64,000 nt of DNA from Pavona decussata. Taxonomy: Eukaryota. Of the stretch, positions 37,167 through 50,764 are shown piece after piece; position 1 is the first letter of the stretch, and each line of letters begins with the position of its first letter. Location: positions 868,001 through 932,000 of the forward strand of contig CDRNST010000071.1 of NCBI GenBank assembly GCA_977016875.1, read 5' to 3'. The notes under the pieces were generated by a model that had not been told where the DNA came from, ran no database searches, and saw only the letters and a list, made by a program, of their open reading frames with translations. The position numbers and the translations under genes were made by a program.

Positions 37167-39684
37167 GGTGCAGGGAAGGACGCACTAAAAATAAAAAAAG
37201 TAGCGTCAACACTGAACTTGCAGGAAATCATCCCAGGTCGCTTGAAAAATTATTTGTTGAAGTAACTTGCTGCTAGATTTTTCAAAAACAAAATGTGTCC
37301 TCAGACTGATTGAATAGATTCCTCCCTACAGACGTCTGCGTCATGCTGGTTGCTTCCTTTTTTACTGATTTTGATGGAGTGTTTAAACTACAGGGGTGTT
37401 AATCTCGAGCAAATCCTATAATTATTATTGTTATTTACAGATAGATTTCCTGCGAGAATATCCTGCGACTTGAACTTTCGTGTCGCTTTGGTAACGGATG
37501 GCAACATGCGATTTTTACCACGTGCCGCCGACACGATATTTTGTCAAAAAATTGATTACGTCACTTGTGTAAACAAAACTGAAATCGCTCGTGTAACCAT
37601 GATTTAATCGATGACGCCATTGTTGCCTTGATTTGGATACCATCCGAGAAACACAACGAGAACAAGATTAGTAAACTAGTTCACGAGCCGTTCAAGAGAA
37701 AATGACTTCAATTGCATATTATAACGAAGCTATTTGAACAGTTCATTTATAGCATTGCCCAAGGGTTTCAAGCCATTTTCAATTCTACTAACAAAATTTA
37801 CAAAAAGTAAGGAAGGGAAAAGAAAAGCAATGGCTTTTGATTATTTCCGAATCAGGCTCCAGAGGCGGCAATATTATACAGAGAATGGAAGCGCAAATTC
37901 GATTTATTCAGTAAAGTTTAAGTTAAAACTAATGTTGTCCGATGTGTTGACGTTACTTCCATCATTATCAAGGCATCGAAACGTCGGACACATTAGTTTT
38001 AATTTTTGTGCTGATTTTTTCAGTTCAGTAACAGCCACCAGTCATACAAAGTTTAAGTTATTTTAATTATTGAAAGGAAATATTTTGAATGTTATTCCAT
38101 AGAATAAATTCTCCATGCAATAATAGGAATAACATCAATCAGTGTCTTAATTAACAAATACTAGTAGTTACAGCAAAAGGGCAAAATCACTTAACTTTTA
38201 CAGGGCTCAGTTAATAACGTTCGCAATAATAATCGTAATCACTTATAATACTCATTCACTTTAAACTCTTCCTGAAGTTATGTATTTTATAACTTTGTGT
38301 TACAATACAATCGAAAACGGAGCGGCGTTATTCCACCAGAAATCATAACAAGAACTTTTGCGACACTTTCATTTGTTAGTCCACTAGCCAATTTCAAATG
38401 TTTAGATCGGTGGGATGCGAGGGAAACAGAGACGTACTTTTATTCCTCTCACGATTGTCTCCCAAATTCTCCCCAAATCCTGAATATCTGCAACAGGCTA
38501 AGGTTTTGTAAATTAAATAAATGTAAATGTAAAGATATGAAACATATATTTTGAACTGCGGATGAAAGATCAAATAGAAGAAAGATCCTCGTAGTTAGTA
38601 CGCAACTTTAGCAATTGTGAAAAGAAAGCCTGAAAAAAATATTAACAGCGAGGATCTTTCTTCTATTTGGTTTTATAAATTAATAACTTATTCATTCGTA
38701 ACAATTAAATAATATTTTAAGGCTTCAAATATATTACAATGGAAACATAATTTACTGATATCGATATGAGACAGCTTTCTACCAGAGGCAGTTATACGCA
38801 TGGTCAAAATACATGACACAATTCCTTAGCTAAAAACGACCTACGCGGCGGGACTGTGAACATTGCCCTACTGACCCTACTGTTCCATTGTCTTGAATAG
38901 GTGTCGAGTAAAACCTGGAGAGAGTAAACAATCGCTGAAGTTGGCCACGGTGGGGACAGCTGGTCAAAAGGGGTGGGCGCACAACTTGTTCTCGTTTGAG
39001 CGCTCATTCCGGCGCTCATTTGACTCGACAATTGATGGGAAAATAGGAGTCTGCTCATTGTTTTTCACTCAATCTTTCAGTTCACTTTCAATTTTCCCAC
39101 TGACTTCGTACTGGGTATCGTACCGAATTGAAACAGAACTGACTGGATATCCTTATCTTTTAGAGGATGCTTTGTTCTAATGAACTGAGACAGATTTTAA
39201 AGCTTAACACTAACAACTTCACTTCTTTGTCCGATTATAATAACTTCCTTAATCATTTCAAGCGCTTGCATTTCATTAATATTCTTGTTATCCTCGTCGG
39301 AAGTCTTTGTCTTCGCACAATTCATTCACCATACCCCCCCTCCCCCGTAATCGTCGACTCAATTAATGTTCAGAAATTTTTCTGATTTAAGAAACTGTTG
39401 ATCCTCAAAGTCTCTCAGGCCAAAGCTAATAGACCTTATTCCAAAATGGCTACTATTTTAATAGTTTTTGTTCGCATTCGAATTAGCCCTTCTTACCTCG
39501 TTCTTAAGCTTCAAAATCAAAAGAATATTTTACCGTGAACGAGGCAAGAAGGGCTAAGTTGAATGCAAACAAGGAATATAATGGATGCCATTACGGAATA
39601 AGGTTTATACACATCCCATCCCCTAGCTTCATCACCTCTGGTCGTGAAGAAAACGGACTCGACAAGAAATGAGACTGAAGCCTG

Positions 39685-42600
39685 TTACATTAAAACTACA
39701 CTGCGCATGAGCATAGTTGCCACCGAGAGAGAAAGGCACCATCCGGGGGAGGGGACAGGAGACGAAGAGTGACGAGGATCCTTCTTTTCCCTTGCTGTTG
39801 GTGAACCACTGTTTCCGTCGTTTCCATTGTTGTTGTTGTTGTTGTTGTCATTGTTCTTGTTGTTGTGGTTGTTGCTATTTGAGTCCGATTTGAATGACCC
39901 TGTGTGGTCAGGTCCTACTGTAGCAAGCGTTTCGCTTCCATTTATGACTACCGTTGGGTTCAGCTTGTCTAAGGACAAAGTCACATATCTAATTTTGAAT
40001 AAAACCACAATGGTGATGAACTATTGATGAAACTTAAGAATCACAGAACGAGTAGAAGATTGGGAACGAACTCGAAAGGCTCTTCAAACCTTGGATGATC
40101 ACGTGTCTCGCCAATCTCGTTCCCAATCTCCTTCTCCACTGATCAGCAACAAAGGAGCGTGCATTTTAATAACGTGACTGGCTAGAAATTCTTTAGTCAT
40201 ACTCGTTCCCACTTTGATAATTTTAAAAAAGCTTTAAAAGTCATAATGGGCGATGACATGCGTGGCAGCTAATACTGTAAGGCTCTTTTGAAGCAATCTG
40301 CTGTTTAAATTTCCTTCCTTTTGTTTCGGTTATGTTGTATACAACCGGAAATCGGCGATTTAAACGGACAATTGCGTCAACGTCCAGCAATATTTACACG
40401 TCACGCTGGTCACGCAAGGATGTTTTGCTGTTCTCTTTCCCAACCTCGTTCCCAGGGTCTCTCCTCTTGGGAAAGGAAAAAGAGAGATCCTGGGAACGAG
40501 GTTGTCTCTTTCCTTTGCCGTCCTGAGCAGTTTAAGAACTACAAAATACTGACGGCAGACTGATCCTAATGGTGGAGGTGACGAACTTGATATGATAGGA
40601 ATAACCAGCAAAGGCTACTTCTTCTTCTCCAGTTGTTTAATGAAAAGAAAACCAGGCCAAAAATACTTTGTTCGGAAACTTTACCACTCAGCTGAAGTAT
40701 TGAATGCGATGGTATGAAGGATACATGTACTAAACCATGATGCATATATGAAGTGTTTACCTGATAGCTCACAATGACGGCCATAGTACCCAGTCTCCTT
40801 ACAATCACACTCAGTCTTGGTTACCAGGTCCACGCATTGTCCACCATGTTGACACATGTTGAGTTTGCTTGAACACGCCTCGCCACTGCAGTTCCCCCAC
40901 ACAAGACGTGACTTGATTAGCTTGACATTCTCAAAGGGTCTCTTGGTACTGCTGTATCGCAGGAGGGCAACACATCCCTGGAACCAACTGCCATTAACGC
41001 AAAATCAGCTATATCAGTTTGTTTGTATGCATAAACAACCGAAATCCTTTGCAGAGATGTTATAAAAGAAATTAGACTTAACCTGAGACTTAACCGAAGG
41101 GGAGGGGGGAGGAGGAGAGGAAGTTAACTTAGGGTTACCCTTCTCCCCCCCCCCCCCCCCCCTTCGCCCCAATAAGCCTGATACTCAGGTTAAGTGAGAC
41201 TCGGACTCCTCAACTAAGTAGGGTAAAACAGCTCGACTTTTTTCACAGAATTCTGGTAACGCCTTCATAATTCATTAACTAAACCCTGGACTAAACCAAT
41301 CAAAATAATAAAGCTCTGGGATGATGAACAATAGCATTAATGATTTAAAATTGACTTGTGTAGATATTTCTTCAGCTCGTAAAATAATAGAACATAAAGT
41401 GACACTTTTTTTAGACCGAACGCCTCGAAAACTTAAGCCTTAGTAGCCTTTAGAAATTTAGTGTTTGTTGCTCAGGATCTTTGCAATTCTGTCGTGTAAT
41501 TGTTTGCCGTTACAGCTGTCAATAGCATGCAGACTAATATCTATTCCACGGCCGACATCAAGACGCAATCATCGTATCACGTGGAATTGTCAGAATTCAG
41601 TCATTGAATGATTCGTAGTACATTGACTTTCTCTCGCGAGGTCGAATTCAATTCCTCTTTTTTCCTCGGAAAGAGAAGGAGAGTTATGTTATTTAATGCG
41701 ATCAGTAATCTAGCTTTTCATTATACTGTAGAAATCTAAAGCGACTGTCCTTAAATAAAATCTGCCCTACCAAGAGAAAGCTTGCAAGCTTAGCTCTATA
41801 AGATGACCCTTGCTTCAGTTTTGCTTTTAAAGAAATCCCGATGTGTGAACTTTCATCCGGAAAGCTACTAAGCATTGTTTTCCTGTAGTCCTGTTATTTT
41901 GTGCTATAAAAGATGGTTGTTATTGATTACTTTTCAGTTTATATGATCTAGTTTTTTCTCTTGGACAGTATTTGATGCGAAAGTAATAGAAAAATAGGAC
42001 GGTCTGGATAGCAGCAGGCCGGTTAAAAGCTTAAGAAAAACGACAAGAGTTTTGATGTTTGAAAACATGTTTGGACAGCTATTCTGTGCTCTTCAGATGT
42101 AAATCGTTAAGTACAAATACCAATGCAGTGTAATTAGCGATCAGCTCACCTGCTTTCGTCTACAATTTTACTAAGCAACCCTGGCTGAGACCATTTATTA
42201 TATGCAGGCTGGTTCTCCAAGTCTAGAAATGGAATTCCTCCGATGAAAAGGGACCTCTTTGGTTTACCGTTTGTTCCAGAGAGCTGTGGCGGTTGTACGC
42301 AGGTGATCAGACGGGCTGGCACGTTATCCACGGTAAAATTGACCTGAGTACCGAGTCTTGAAATCGCCATCTTGTGCCATGCGTCATCGATGAAGTTCTT
42401 CTTAATGGAGACCTGATCAGATGGACATCTATTGCCGGCTAGCTGGAGAACGGCATTGCCATTTGACAACAACGAAACCTCGATGTAATCATTAATGCTG
42501 CGTGATCCTGCCTGTCTGCCTGTTCCCTGGTAAAGTAGTAAAGAGGGTTTCTTTACAGCAGTTTTAAAGTAGAACTGTAGTTCGCTGGTTTCAGCCATGG

Positions 42601-42763
42601 GCCAACCGCTGAATTCTGCATACGAGTTGAACTGTCCACTAAGCCGCAACCCAGCAGTGGAATCCATGATACTGACTAGCCAAGAGAAAAGGACAAACAT
42701 GTTCAAAATATTTGGCATGTTACACAAAGATGATATTCGCAGAAAAAAGAAACGGCGACTCAT
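39685..42763 (-). CDS. Neurexin-like gene B: signal peptide-LamG-EGF-Asn-rich linker-GPI-like tail, ~374 aa
   Basis: Exons 42763-42150, 40987-40761 and 39968-39685 in frame. Motifs IDDAWHKM, LFIGGIP, WFQGCV and EGF CQHGGQCVDLVTKTECDCKETGYYGRHC; C-terminus SSSPVPSPGWCLSLSVATMLMRSVVLM. The start may be a downstream Met. Confidence 0.85.
40441..40504. mobile_element. 64-bp MITE with perfect 9-bp TSD
   Basis: caacctcgttcccagg...cctgggaacgaggttg flanked by tctctttcc on both sides. Confidence 0.85.
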
Positions 42764-43203
42764 TTGATTCGCCTTAAAGAGTTAATTTAACTTTCTTCAT
42801 CAATGAAATGATCAAAATCACTCTTAAACGTTGAGACGATTTGACAAGTTCTGCTTAGACGAAAGTGAAATGTGCGAGTTTTCTTTGAGGGTATAAAAAT
42901 TGCATTGGACAAATTATATCGCCTATCTCGTCATAAAACCACAGTCGGATTTCATTTCATTTGTTAACTGGCGTGTGAATGGTTGACATGTGCCGCTAGA
43001 TTGTAATCTCACTGTCAAAAGCCAAGTTGTATGCAAATCTGAAAGAACATTAATTTCGTATGAATGAAATGATTCACCGACTCACATTGAGCTGTGAGAT
43101 TAACACGAGTTCGTTACTGACCAAATTTTGCCGAGTTTCTTCATTGAACGAAATAACCGCCCTAAACTATTTTTATCACCCACTTAATGATCTTTTTACT
43201 TCA

Positions 43204-46200
43204 TCACTGTAAATTCAATGTGAAGGGTTTTAAAAGATGTGTAAGAAGTGGTCCTACACTGATCATGACAAGAACCACATACATTGAAGAGCCTCAAGGA
43301 TTAAGCCCCTTGGAGTCAACGAACGGCATTTTGAAGAGTTTTCCTGATATCAGCAACGAAGAATGGGATGCAGGAATTCAAGGTAAATTGTCTTTTTTGT
43401 TATCAAATAATAATTTTTTTTTTCAATTAACTCATACGCAAATCAAAGAAGAAGTGCCGTAATTAATTTATTTATTTCCACCATTCAAGAAAATTCGTTT
43501 ACTCCTAACTTCAAAACCTTGTAATGCAATTATAACTTTCGAGTCTGTTGATTAAAATAATTGCAGTGTGAGAGACCATTCAAATGAATGCTACAAAACA
43601 GTGCTTTCATGCAGTTCTTTTGCTTTTAAACTCTAGAATTTTGTTTAACTTGAAACTTGACAATAAAGAAGGACAAGGGTTTCAGAGCCATGTTAAGTCT
43701 TACCCTCTGAACAGTTCAAACCATGGTACCCAGTTCCTTTGCAGTCACACTCTCTCCGGACGATCTTGTTCACGCATTTTCCGCCATTGTAGCATTTTCC
43801 ACTAAAAGTCGAGTCTTTACATGCGTTACGGCAGCCAGGCACAGTGCGTTCGGTTTTCAACAAGCGAGCTCGACGAAATTTTTTGTTCCCTACGGCATAT
43901 TTGGGAGTTTTTACACAGCCGTCAAATCTAAGTGAGAAAGAGTACAAAAACGTTTATTTTATTCTATTTTAGTTATTGATTTTCCAGTCATACCATGCGG
44001 CTTACATTATTCATTTTCATTGTTCTTCTCAGCGCTGATCAGCTGTTGTTTTCGTTTGGTATGAAGTAGCAATCTTTTATAGTGGTTTCGTTCTTGAAAA
44101 CCAAGGGTGAAGTTGCCAAATCACAAAACACGCAAGTATTGAAAGAATGGACCAACCCGAAATCTCAGCTAAAATATAGAACAAGTGGGACAAAAAAATT
44201 AAAAGAGTTGCTAACAGAGGAAGAACATGTCGCAAGCCTTGTTCCCAGGCATCCATGGTGTGTAACCGAGCACGTGACCTCGCCCGTCGAGCTGATCGCA
44301 CTTGGTCCCACCTGAGCTACAATGCCAGGCAAAAATTTACAAGGCACTTGACGGAAAAAGTCGAAAATCGCCTCCCCCCTTTAAACAAAGTCGAAACAAC
44401 AACAACAACAACAACAATTTAAGACGTACTTTTGTTTGGAGCACCCAAAGTTTTGTACAGTTACTTTACTTCAGGGGGGAGGGGGTGTAAGGCGCATAAG
44501 TCTGTCACCATCTGTTTGCCCGGATTGCGGAAATGTCTGGGAACAAGGGTTATGTTAACAATTTACAGAGCAGCAAATGAAAAATCAAAGAAAAAACAAA
44601 TTAAAATCGAGGGTCTGAGGGACGTTTTGGTGTTATTTGCCCTTTATTTTTAGCCTTTGCTGGTAAATTCGCCAATATTTTAATAGCTCAAATAACTGCG
44701 AGGCTGATATGACTTCTTCAATATTTTAATGTTACCTGTTTTTAGAAAAAATATTGTCGAGTCGGTTAGCATCTGTAAATAAAGGGTGACAAACCCGCGC
44801 GACTCCCTCGCGCGTGTTTTAGCCTTTTGCGCGAGTATATCTTTCAGAGTAAAAATTGGCTTCGAAGGCCTGCGCTACTTCGGTGTATTTGTAGCGGGTT
44901 GGGAGGATTTGATAGCGCCTTATAGTTAACCATCGTATGTTTAACGATAATAGTCATTTATGCAGCGACATCAGAATGGGGAAACGAGGGACCTTAAAAA
45001 AAATTCTGACCCTCACCCAGGGAGGGAGGTGGGGTAATAGAACGTTTAAACAGAATCATTTATAAAACCATTACTGTATTCCGCTCAATCACGCCGTTAC
45101 ATGAACTCACTGGCGAGTTTAATTCGTTGCTACACAGGTCCCGGTCTTTCAATCTCGTCGAACACTTGAATTGTTAAATATTAAGTTTGATTCCTTTTCC
45201 GTCTTTAGAATTGTCCTGTCTAAATTCAGTAAATTCAAGCAGAGGGGAATTTAATGGAATTGGAGAGCAACAAGGATTGATTCTGGGCATCATACGCATA
45301 TAAGGTATGTTGCTCTCTTGAAGTTTGATATTTGCACAATAAAATATTAAAATCCCACAGTAGAAAACACCATCCCATCCTTCGTGAATCTGTCCCATGA
45401 TTTCAGCAAAGAAGATTCGGAGTACTGGAATAAATCTGCACTTAAATAAACCTGGGTAGGATATCGCTCATTATTAACCCATTGATTAATTTCCATGCGG
45501 CCTCGTAGGATAGAGCGGTTTTCAATTGTGTGCCAAAAGTAATCGCTCGTTTGCTTTGGTTTTGCATTACTGATTGGTTAACAAAATTTGCGCCAATTTC
45601 TCAACCAATGAGATGTAAAACCAAAACCAATCGTGTCTTGCTCGCACGTAGTTTTCCCGCGCTTGGCGCCAGCTGCATGCATTTGCTGTGAATTCTGATT
45701 GGTTTATTCCGCTGTTTGCACCTGTTGTGATTGGCCAGTTTTGGTTTTATGACACTCGATTGAAAACCGCTCGGATTATTCCGCGTTTAAGAAAGATCTA
45801 AAAAAAAACCTCGGCAATTTTTCTGTCCTCCTTCAGGGTGTAAAAAGCAATTTGGCGGGCCAAATGCATTAATGTTCCCATTAACCTGCGATCAGAACCT
45901 TCCCACCAGAAAAGAGAAGAAATTAAAGGAGAGCTCTTTATCCCTCGGGGATGTTAGCGAAACAAACACAGCCTGGTCGCAGGGAACACATATGAGGTTA
46001 TTTTTCCCTATCAGTATGTCATTTGATTCATTAGAAAACAATTAAATTATGTTTTCACAAACAGTTGAATGCTCTGAAATAGAAAGACATTGAAGCTACT
46101 ACCATAGGAGTCATATGTGTCGGAACACTTTTCTCCACCTAGCTTCCTCCAATGTTGATAACAATGACTTGCAACCCCGAAACTGCAGGGGAGGGGAGAG

Positions 46201-48683
46201 CTATACACACACACTTAGATGTATTCTAATGTTAAGCTAAGTAACCTAAGTCAAAGTAATTTTAACGAGCGGTATATAGAGTAAGAATCGACTGTTAAAT
46301 CAGTCGAGCAAGCCAATAACTTGCAAAAGGACCCTATTCTTGGTCAGATACGATCAAGCCATGTAGCTAAGCTCGTTTCAAACAATTAGGTGCGCTATGG
46401 AAACTTGTCAGAGAGATATCGATTGTGTTTCATAGTGCACAACTCCTTCCCTAAACCAAGATTGTGGTAATCTTCTTCCAGCGGTTTACTAGACATTTCA
46501 TCACGTGATTCTTACAACTGATATTGTCCACGCGGCAAATGTCAGTGATCTGGCAATATTTATCACTTGACCAATACTGCGAATTAAGCGATTTTTTTGC
46601 CCCTGAAAACGAGCACGTTGCACTGAGAAAGAAAATTAAATCATGATTTGAATTCAGGCTCGAATTATCATAATATCGAAGGATAATGATCTGGCTTGAA
46701 AGATTGACCTCAAAATTTTAGTATTTGTTTTGGATAAGTCAGTTACTGACACTCTTAATCAGGCTATTTCTGAGTGGTCTTTGGTCTGCGTCGTTCTCTC
46801 AGATTTTGAAGAACTGAAAGTAAGTTTTTTTTTCCTCTTAAGGTCGACAGAACTCCAAACAAAGCCACCTGAAGCCTTGATATGACATGGAATGCATGTA
46901 GAGTGGTTTCCAGTCTTTGGAACAGATGCGACACTTCCGACCAATTTCCATCGTTTTTACAATATGGCAGGGGGACCATTGTGGACTAGATCATCTCTTC
47001 CAAGAAGTGTGAACAACATTTCCGTGCCAAAGGTGGAAATGCATGGCTTGGATTCCTCGAGCGCCTAAAGCAACTGACTCGGCGGCCCCGTCTGATTCAT
47101 GTGCACCTTTCACATGCGCCATTGGTGGAGATAGTCCAGTTGAACTTTCTCTTTTTCTCACTTTTCAGCATTTTACGTTTATTATCGCTTCAAGGTTTTA
47201 AGCAATACAACAATACCTCCATAGGCTTATAGCGGGAAGCCTCTGATTAAATCATTCAGAACGTTTTAGGTACATAAAGGGGGAAATGGAGGGATTAATA
47301 TATTTGGGAGTATTTGGAAACGACAACTTGAAAATTAAGTGGTACGTGCAGATTAACTTTCACTGCCTTCGTTCTAAGGGTGACCAATTCTGTTATGCCC
47401 TTTCATTCCTGCGCTGCATTTTCCACCTTTCCAAATTAAAATTAGGTGAAATTAGTTCATTTTATTGTTAACAAGTTAATTTTTCAACCAGTGGTTTCAT
47501 CTAACATCATAAAAAAAAAAAAGATGTTAAAAGAATAGCCATATCTCTTGGCCCACTGACAAAATCGACCTGGAATTTGAAAACGCGGGAATTAGAGCAA
47601 AAAAAAAAACAAAAACAAAAACAAAACAAAACTCAACAAGGAGATGACGAAGAAAGACCCAGCACACGACAGGCTGATAACAGGCGACTGTTCAGCCCTT
47701 TTTCTCTGCTCACAATTCTTATTTTCCTGCAGAGTTTCCATTAAATTTCCTTGTGATCTTCCTTTGATAAGAGCCGGGAACATATGCCATTTTGTTAGTC
47801 AGTGTTTTTGTGTATGTACTGTGGTCGACAATTATTAGTATATCTATTTAATAGGAACCGGTCAAAAATTTAATGATTTATGTCAAAAGCGTAGCCAGAT
47901 TAACCATTTTTAACACATTTTCAATCTTCTATTGTTGTTCTTGAAAATTTGTAGCAAGTACTATTCTTTAGCTAAAACTCGTTTCCCTTTCTGGCTTTCA
48001 ATGCGGTTTTCTCAACACAAGGTGTCTTCGCTATCAAGTTTATCTTGTACGCTCAACATATTTTTCCCAATAAACTGTGAAAATCTCAACTTCTTTTTTA
48101 CTCCCGGTATATAAAATTCCGTATTGACTTACCCTCCGAGCTTCATGGCAATATCCCGCGAATCACGAAAAGTCCACTTAACATGCTCCCACTCCTCGGG
48201 CGGGAAGTAGCTCACGAATAGCGGGCCATGTTTCCTGAAGTCGCTTTTCCTTAATCTATTACAAAGCTTGAAGCTGGTATTGCATCCGTCTACCGCAACT
48301 ATCACAGACTCCGAAATTCTTTTCAAGGTGATTTTGTGCCAGCTGAGGTCGGTGAACGAGCCGTTTATAAAATGTTGTTTATTCCGGCAGCTGCCCATTG
48401 TAAGTCGAAGTCGCAGTTGACCGTTCAACAAAAATGCGTCTATAAACTCCTCTACCCCGCTGTCGTCCATGTAAAACAACATCCCGTTCTTTTTCAACGT
48501 TTTGAAGCGGAAAATAAGCGTGGAATTGTTGATGAACTGCAGTGAGCTGAACGCAGAGTAAGCGACCGTGCTGTACTTTAAAGTATTGTCGGTTCCGTTT
48601 GTCGGGATGAGCTTCACGCCATGAACGATTTGATGGCAGATGGCAATCGCAGAACAGATTTCTATGAAGCGCAAATTTTTCAT
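43204..48683 (-). CDS. Neurexin-like gene C: signal peptide-LamG-EGF, last exon a GPI-like tail interrupted by TGA at 43296-43294
   Basis: Exons 48683-48133, 43927-43704 and 43343-43204. Motifs FRFKTLKKNGMLFYMDD, FTDLSWHKI, FDGCV and EGF CYNGGKCVNKIVRRECDCKGTGYHGLNC. Exon 3 reads GKLFKMPFVDSKGLNP*GSSMYVVLVMISVGPLLTHLLKPFTLNLQ*; exon 3 is the least certain. Confidence 0.8.
45511..45772. mobile_element. MITE, AGAGCGGTTTTCAAT family
   Basis: Same TIRs and inverted interior relative to 14342-14604. Confidence 0.8.
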
Positions 48684-49699
48684 CCTGGTATCTAGATAGA
48701 AGCCGCTGACGTGACTCTAAACTTATAGTATATAGCTGACAGTCATGTCATTCACTCAACCAAAGTACCAAAATACCCAGTTTTGATCTGGAGTCGTTCA
48801 ACAATTAGCTGCAAAGGTCTACGAACAGGCGTTTGCAGCTCTCGTCATAAGCGATAAGATTGTGGTCAGGAATAGATTTGGAATTCAAATGACCTTATAT
48901 CTTTGTTTTTTGACAGATGGGCACGAAGAAGACAACATGCCGTTGACACTAATTCCAAATGATAATTATACTGGCTTTTTTCTTTTTTAAAATCTGATGC
49001 GTAGCATCAACCCGGGAGTATCAACTGGTCTGCGATTTAATGTAGCTTCTGTATTTTTTAGTTTACAGTGTGGAAACAAGTGAAATTCTCTCAAACGTTT
49101 GCCGGTAATCTTGTGGCTGTAACTGTTCAGGAGTTCTTGGTAACGAGTGACGACAGAGGAAGACTTGAACGTTATCAACTGGACACAAGCGACAAAAGAT
49201 TGTCTAACCTCGCTTTACATCAGCTTGTCATCGTCTGGTTCTCAGTGCAGTATTTGTGTTCTGCATTTAACGTAACAAGGGATCAAAAATAATCAAAATG
49301 TTGCATTAAAAGTGGTATTTTGCTAGAATTGTCTCGTTTCTAACTGTCTATACTCTAAGAATCAAACAGACATTGCAGTCAACTGAACACATACTTCCAA
49401 GGTTGAATAAAGATGATTATCTCGAAAATTGTTACAAGCTCTGTTTTAAGTAAACAGACCTTCCAACATTTGTGTACAATTTACTTATTTCCTTTATCAA
49501 AGGATTTACATCATTGCTCCGAGTAGTTTGATAAGCAATTCAAAGAATTAATTTTAAAAAAGACAGCTTTTACAGTTACAGAAATTCCTTCTAGTATGGC
49601 ATGCTGAACACGCTTGTATCAGTCAAAAGACAGCTTTCCCACTGAGGAGACTGCGCGGAAACGTTCATCCGCTGACCGACAATTATTTTTATCAAAGTT

Positions 49700-49919
49700 C
49701 AATATCGTACCCAGAGTCCTCAGGCTTTTTTGTCAGCGGGTGGGCGCCAGGAGACTCTGGAGAATTCGAAAAAAATTGATTTTTTTCATTGGCTGTCCCG
49801 TAACAGTTTGCATTGTTTTACCGAAGAAATCCCTGCGATAATAAAATTCAAGTTCCCCAGAGCCTCTCCTTGCGACAAACCGCTGGCCATAGAGCCTGAG
49901 GACTCTGGGTACGAGATTG
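49700..49919. mobile_element. MITE with 9-bp TSD (Mutator-like)
   Basis: TIRs caatatcgtacccagagtcctcaggct / agcctgaggactctgggtacgagattg; TSD atcaaagtt / atcgaagtt. Confidence 0.8.
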
Positions 49920-50764
49920 ATCGAAGTTCGGGCAAAACCTTGTTCCCAGGGCATTTCCAAATTTATGAGAGAAAAACCCTGGTGACGAAGTTGAACAGGT
50001 ATACAAACGTGATCATTTTCTCTTGACTCAGTATCAATACCTAACTCTAACTACCTGATAGAATGAAGACACCAAAACGGTCCACGCCTTTCTCGGCTCC
50101 CAAAAAGTTTCAGTTGCGGGAAGCTCAAAATGCGGATACGTTCAAAATGAAACCTAAACGGTAAACTGAAGATAAACTGTTTGCAGTATACGTGGTCTAA
50201 TTGTAATAAAAAGAACTCTTTATCATTAGAAAAGCAAATTAACAAATTGGCTATAAATCACTGTCAGTATAAAAACTTTCAAATCCGCTCTCTCGTAAGG
50301 CCTCTTTTCCATATGCAAAGTTTAAAGCTTCTTCACGTGTCAATCACATTCCACTTTGTTTTTCTGTTTTCCTTTCAACCTGTCAGAATCTACTTTCAAG
50401 AACATTCTATCCAGCCTCAGTTTTGGTTAAAACTAAGAAACTGCTATATATTACAAATTATCGTTAGTGTTTCTATCATTAACCGTCTCCCCCATCCCCC
50501 ACCCCCTTCTCTCCCACCCCCACTGTTTTCATTCCTTTTCGTAAGCTCCTTTCGCGTCTCACCCTGGTTTACAGAGAGCCTAGAACAGGCTATTCTGCCA
50601 TTTGCTTGGAAGATATCCAAAGCGCACGACAACATTTCAAACCTCAAGGAATTAAATCCTTGACAATTAGTAACAATTATTGGACTCGTGTTGTAAGACC
50701 ACGACCGCCCAACTCAAGAAGTACGTCAACAAGGGAAGCTTGACTTTTGAAACAGTCAATTTGT

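Noticed and set aside
37921-38005. Imperfect inverted repeat containing GAAACGTC
   Set aside because: May be a Penelope-type repeat remnant but is too degenerate to call a ribozyme.
46759-47150. Coding-looking segment in gene C intron 1
   Set aside because: Stops in the frames read and no recognisable domain; unassigned.
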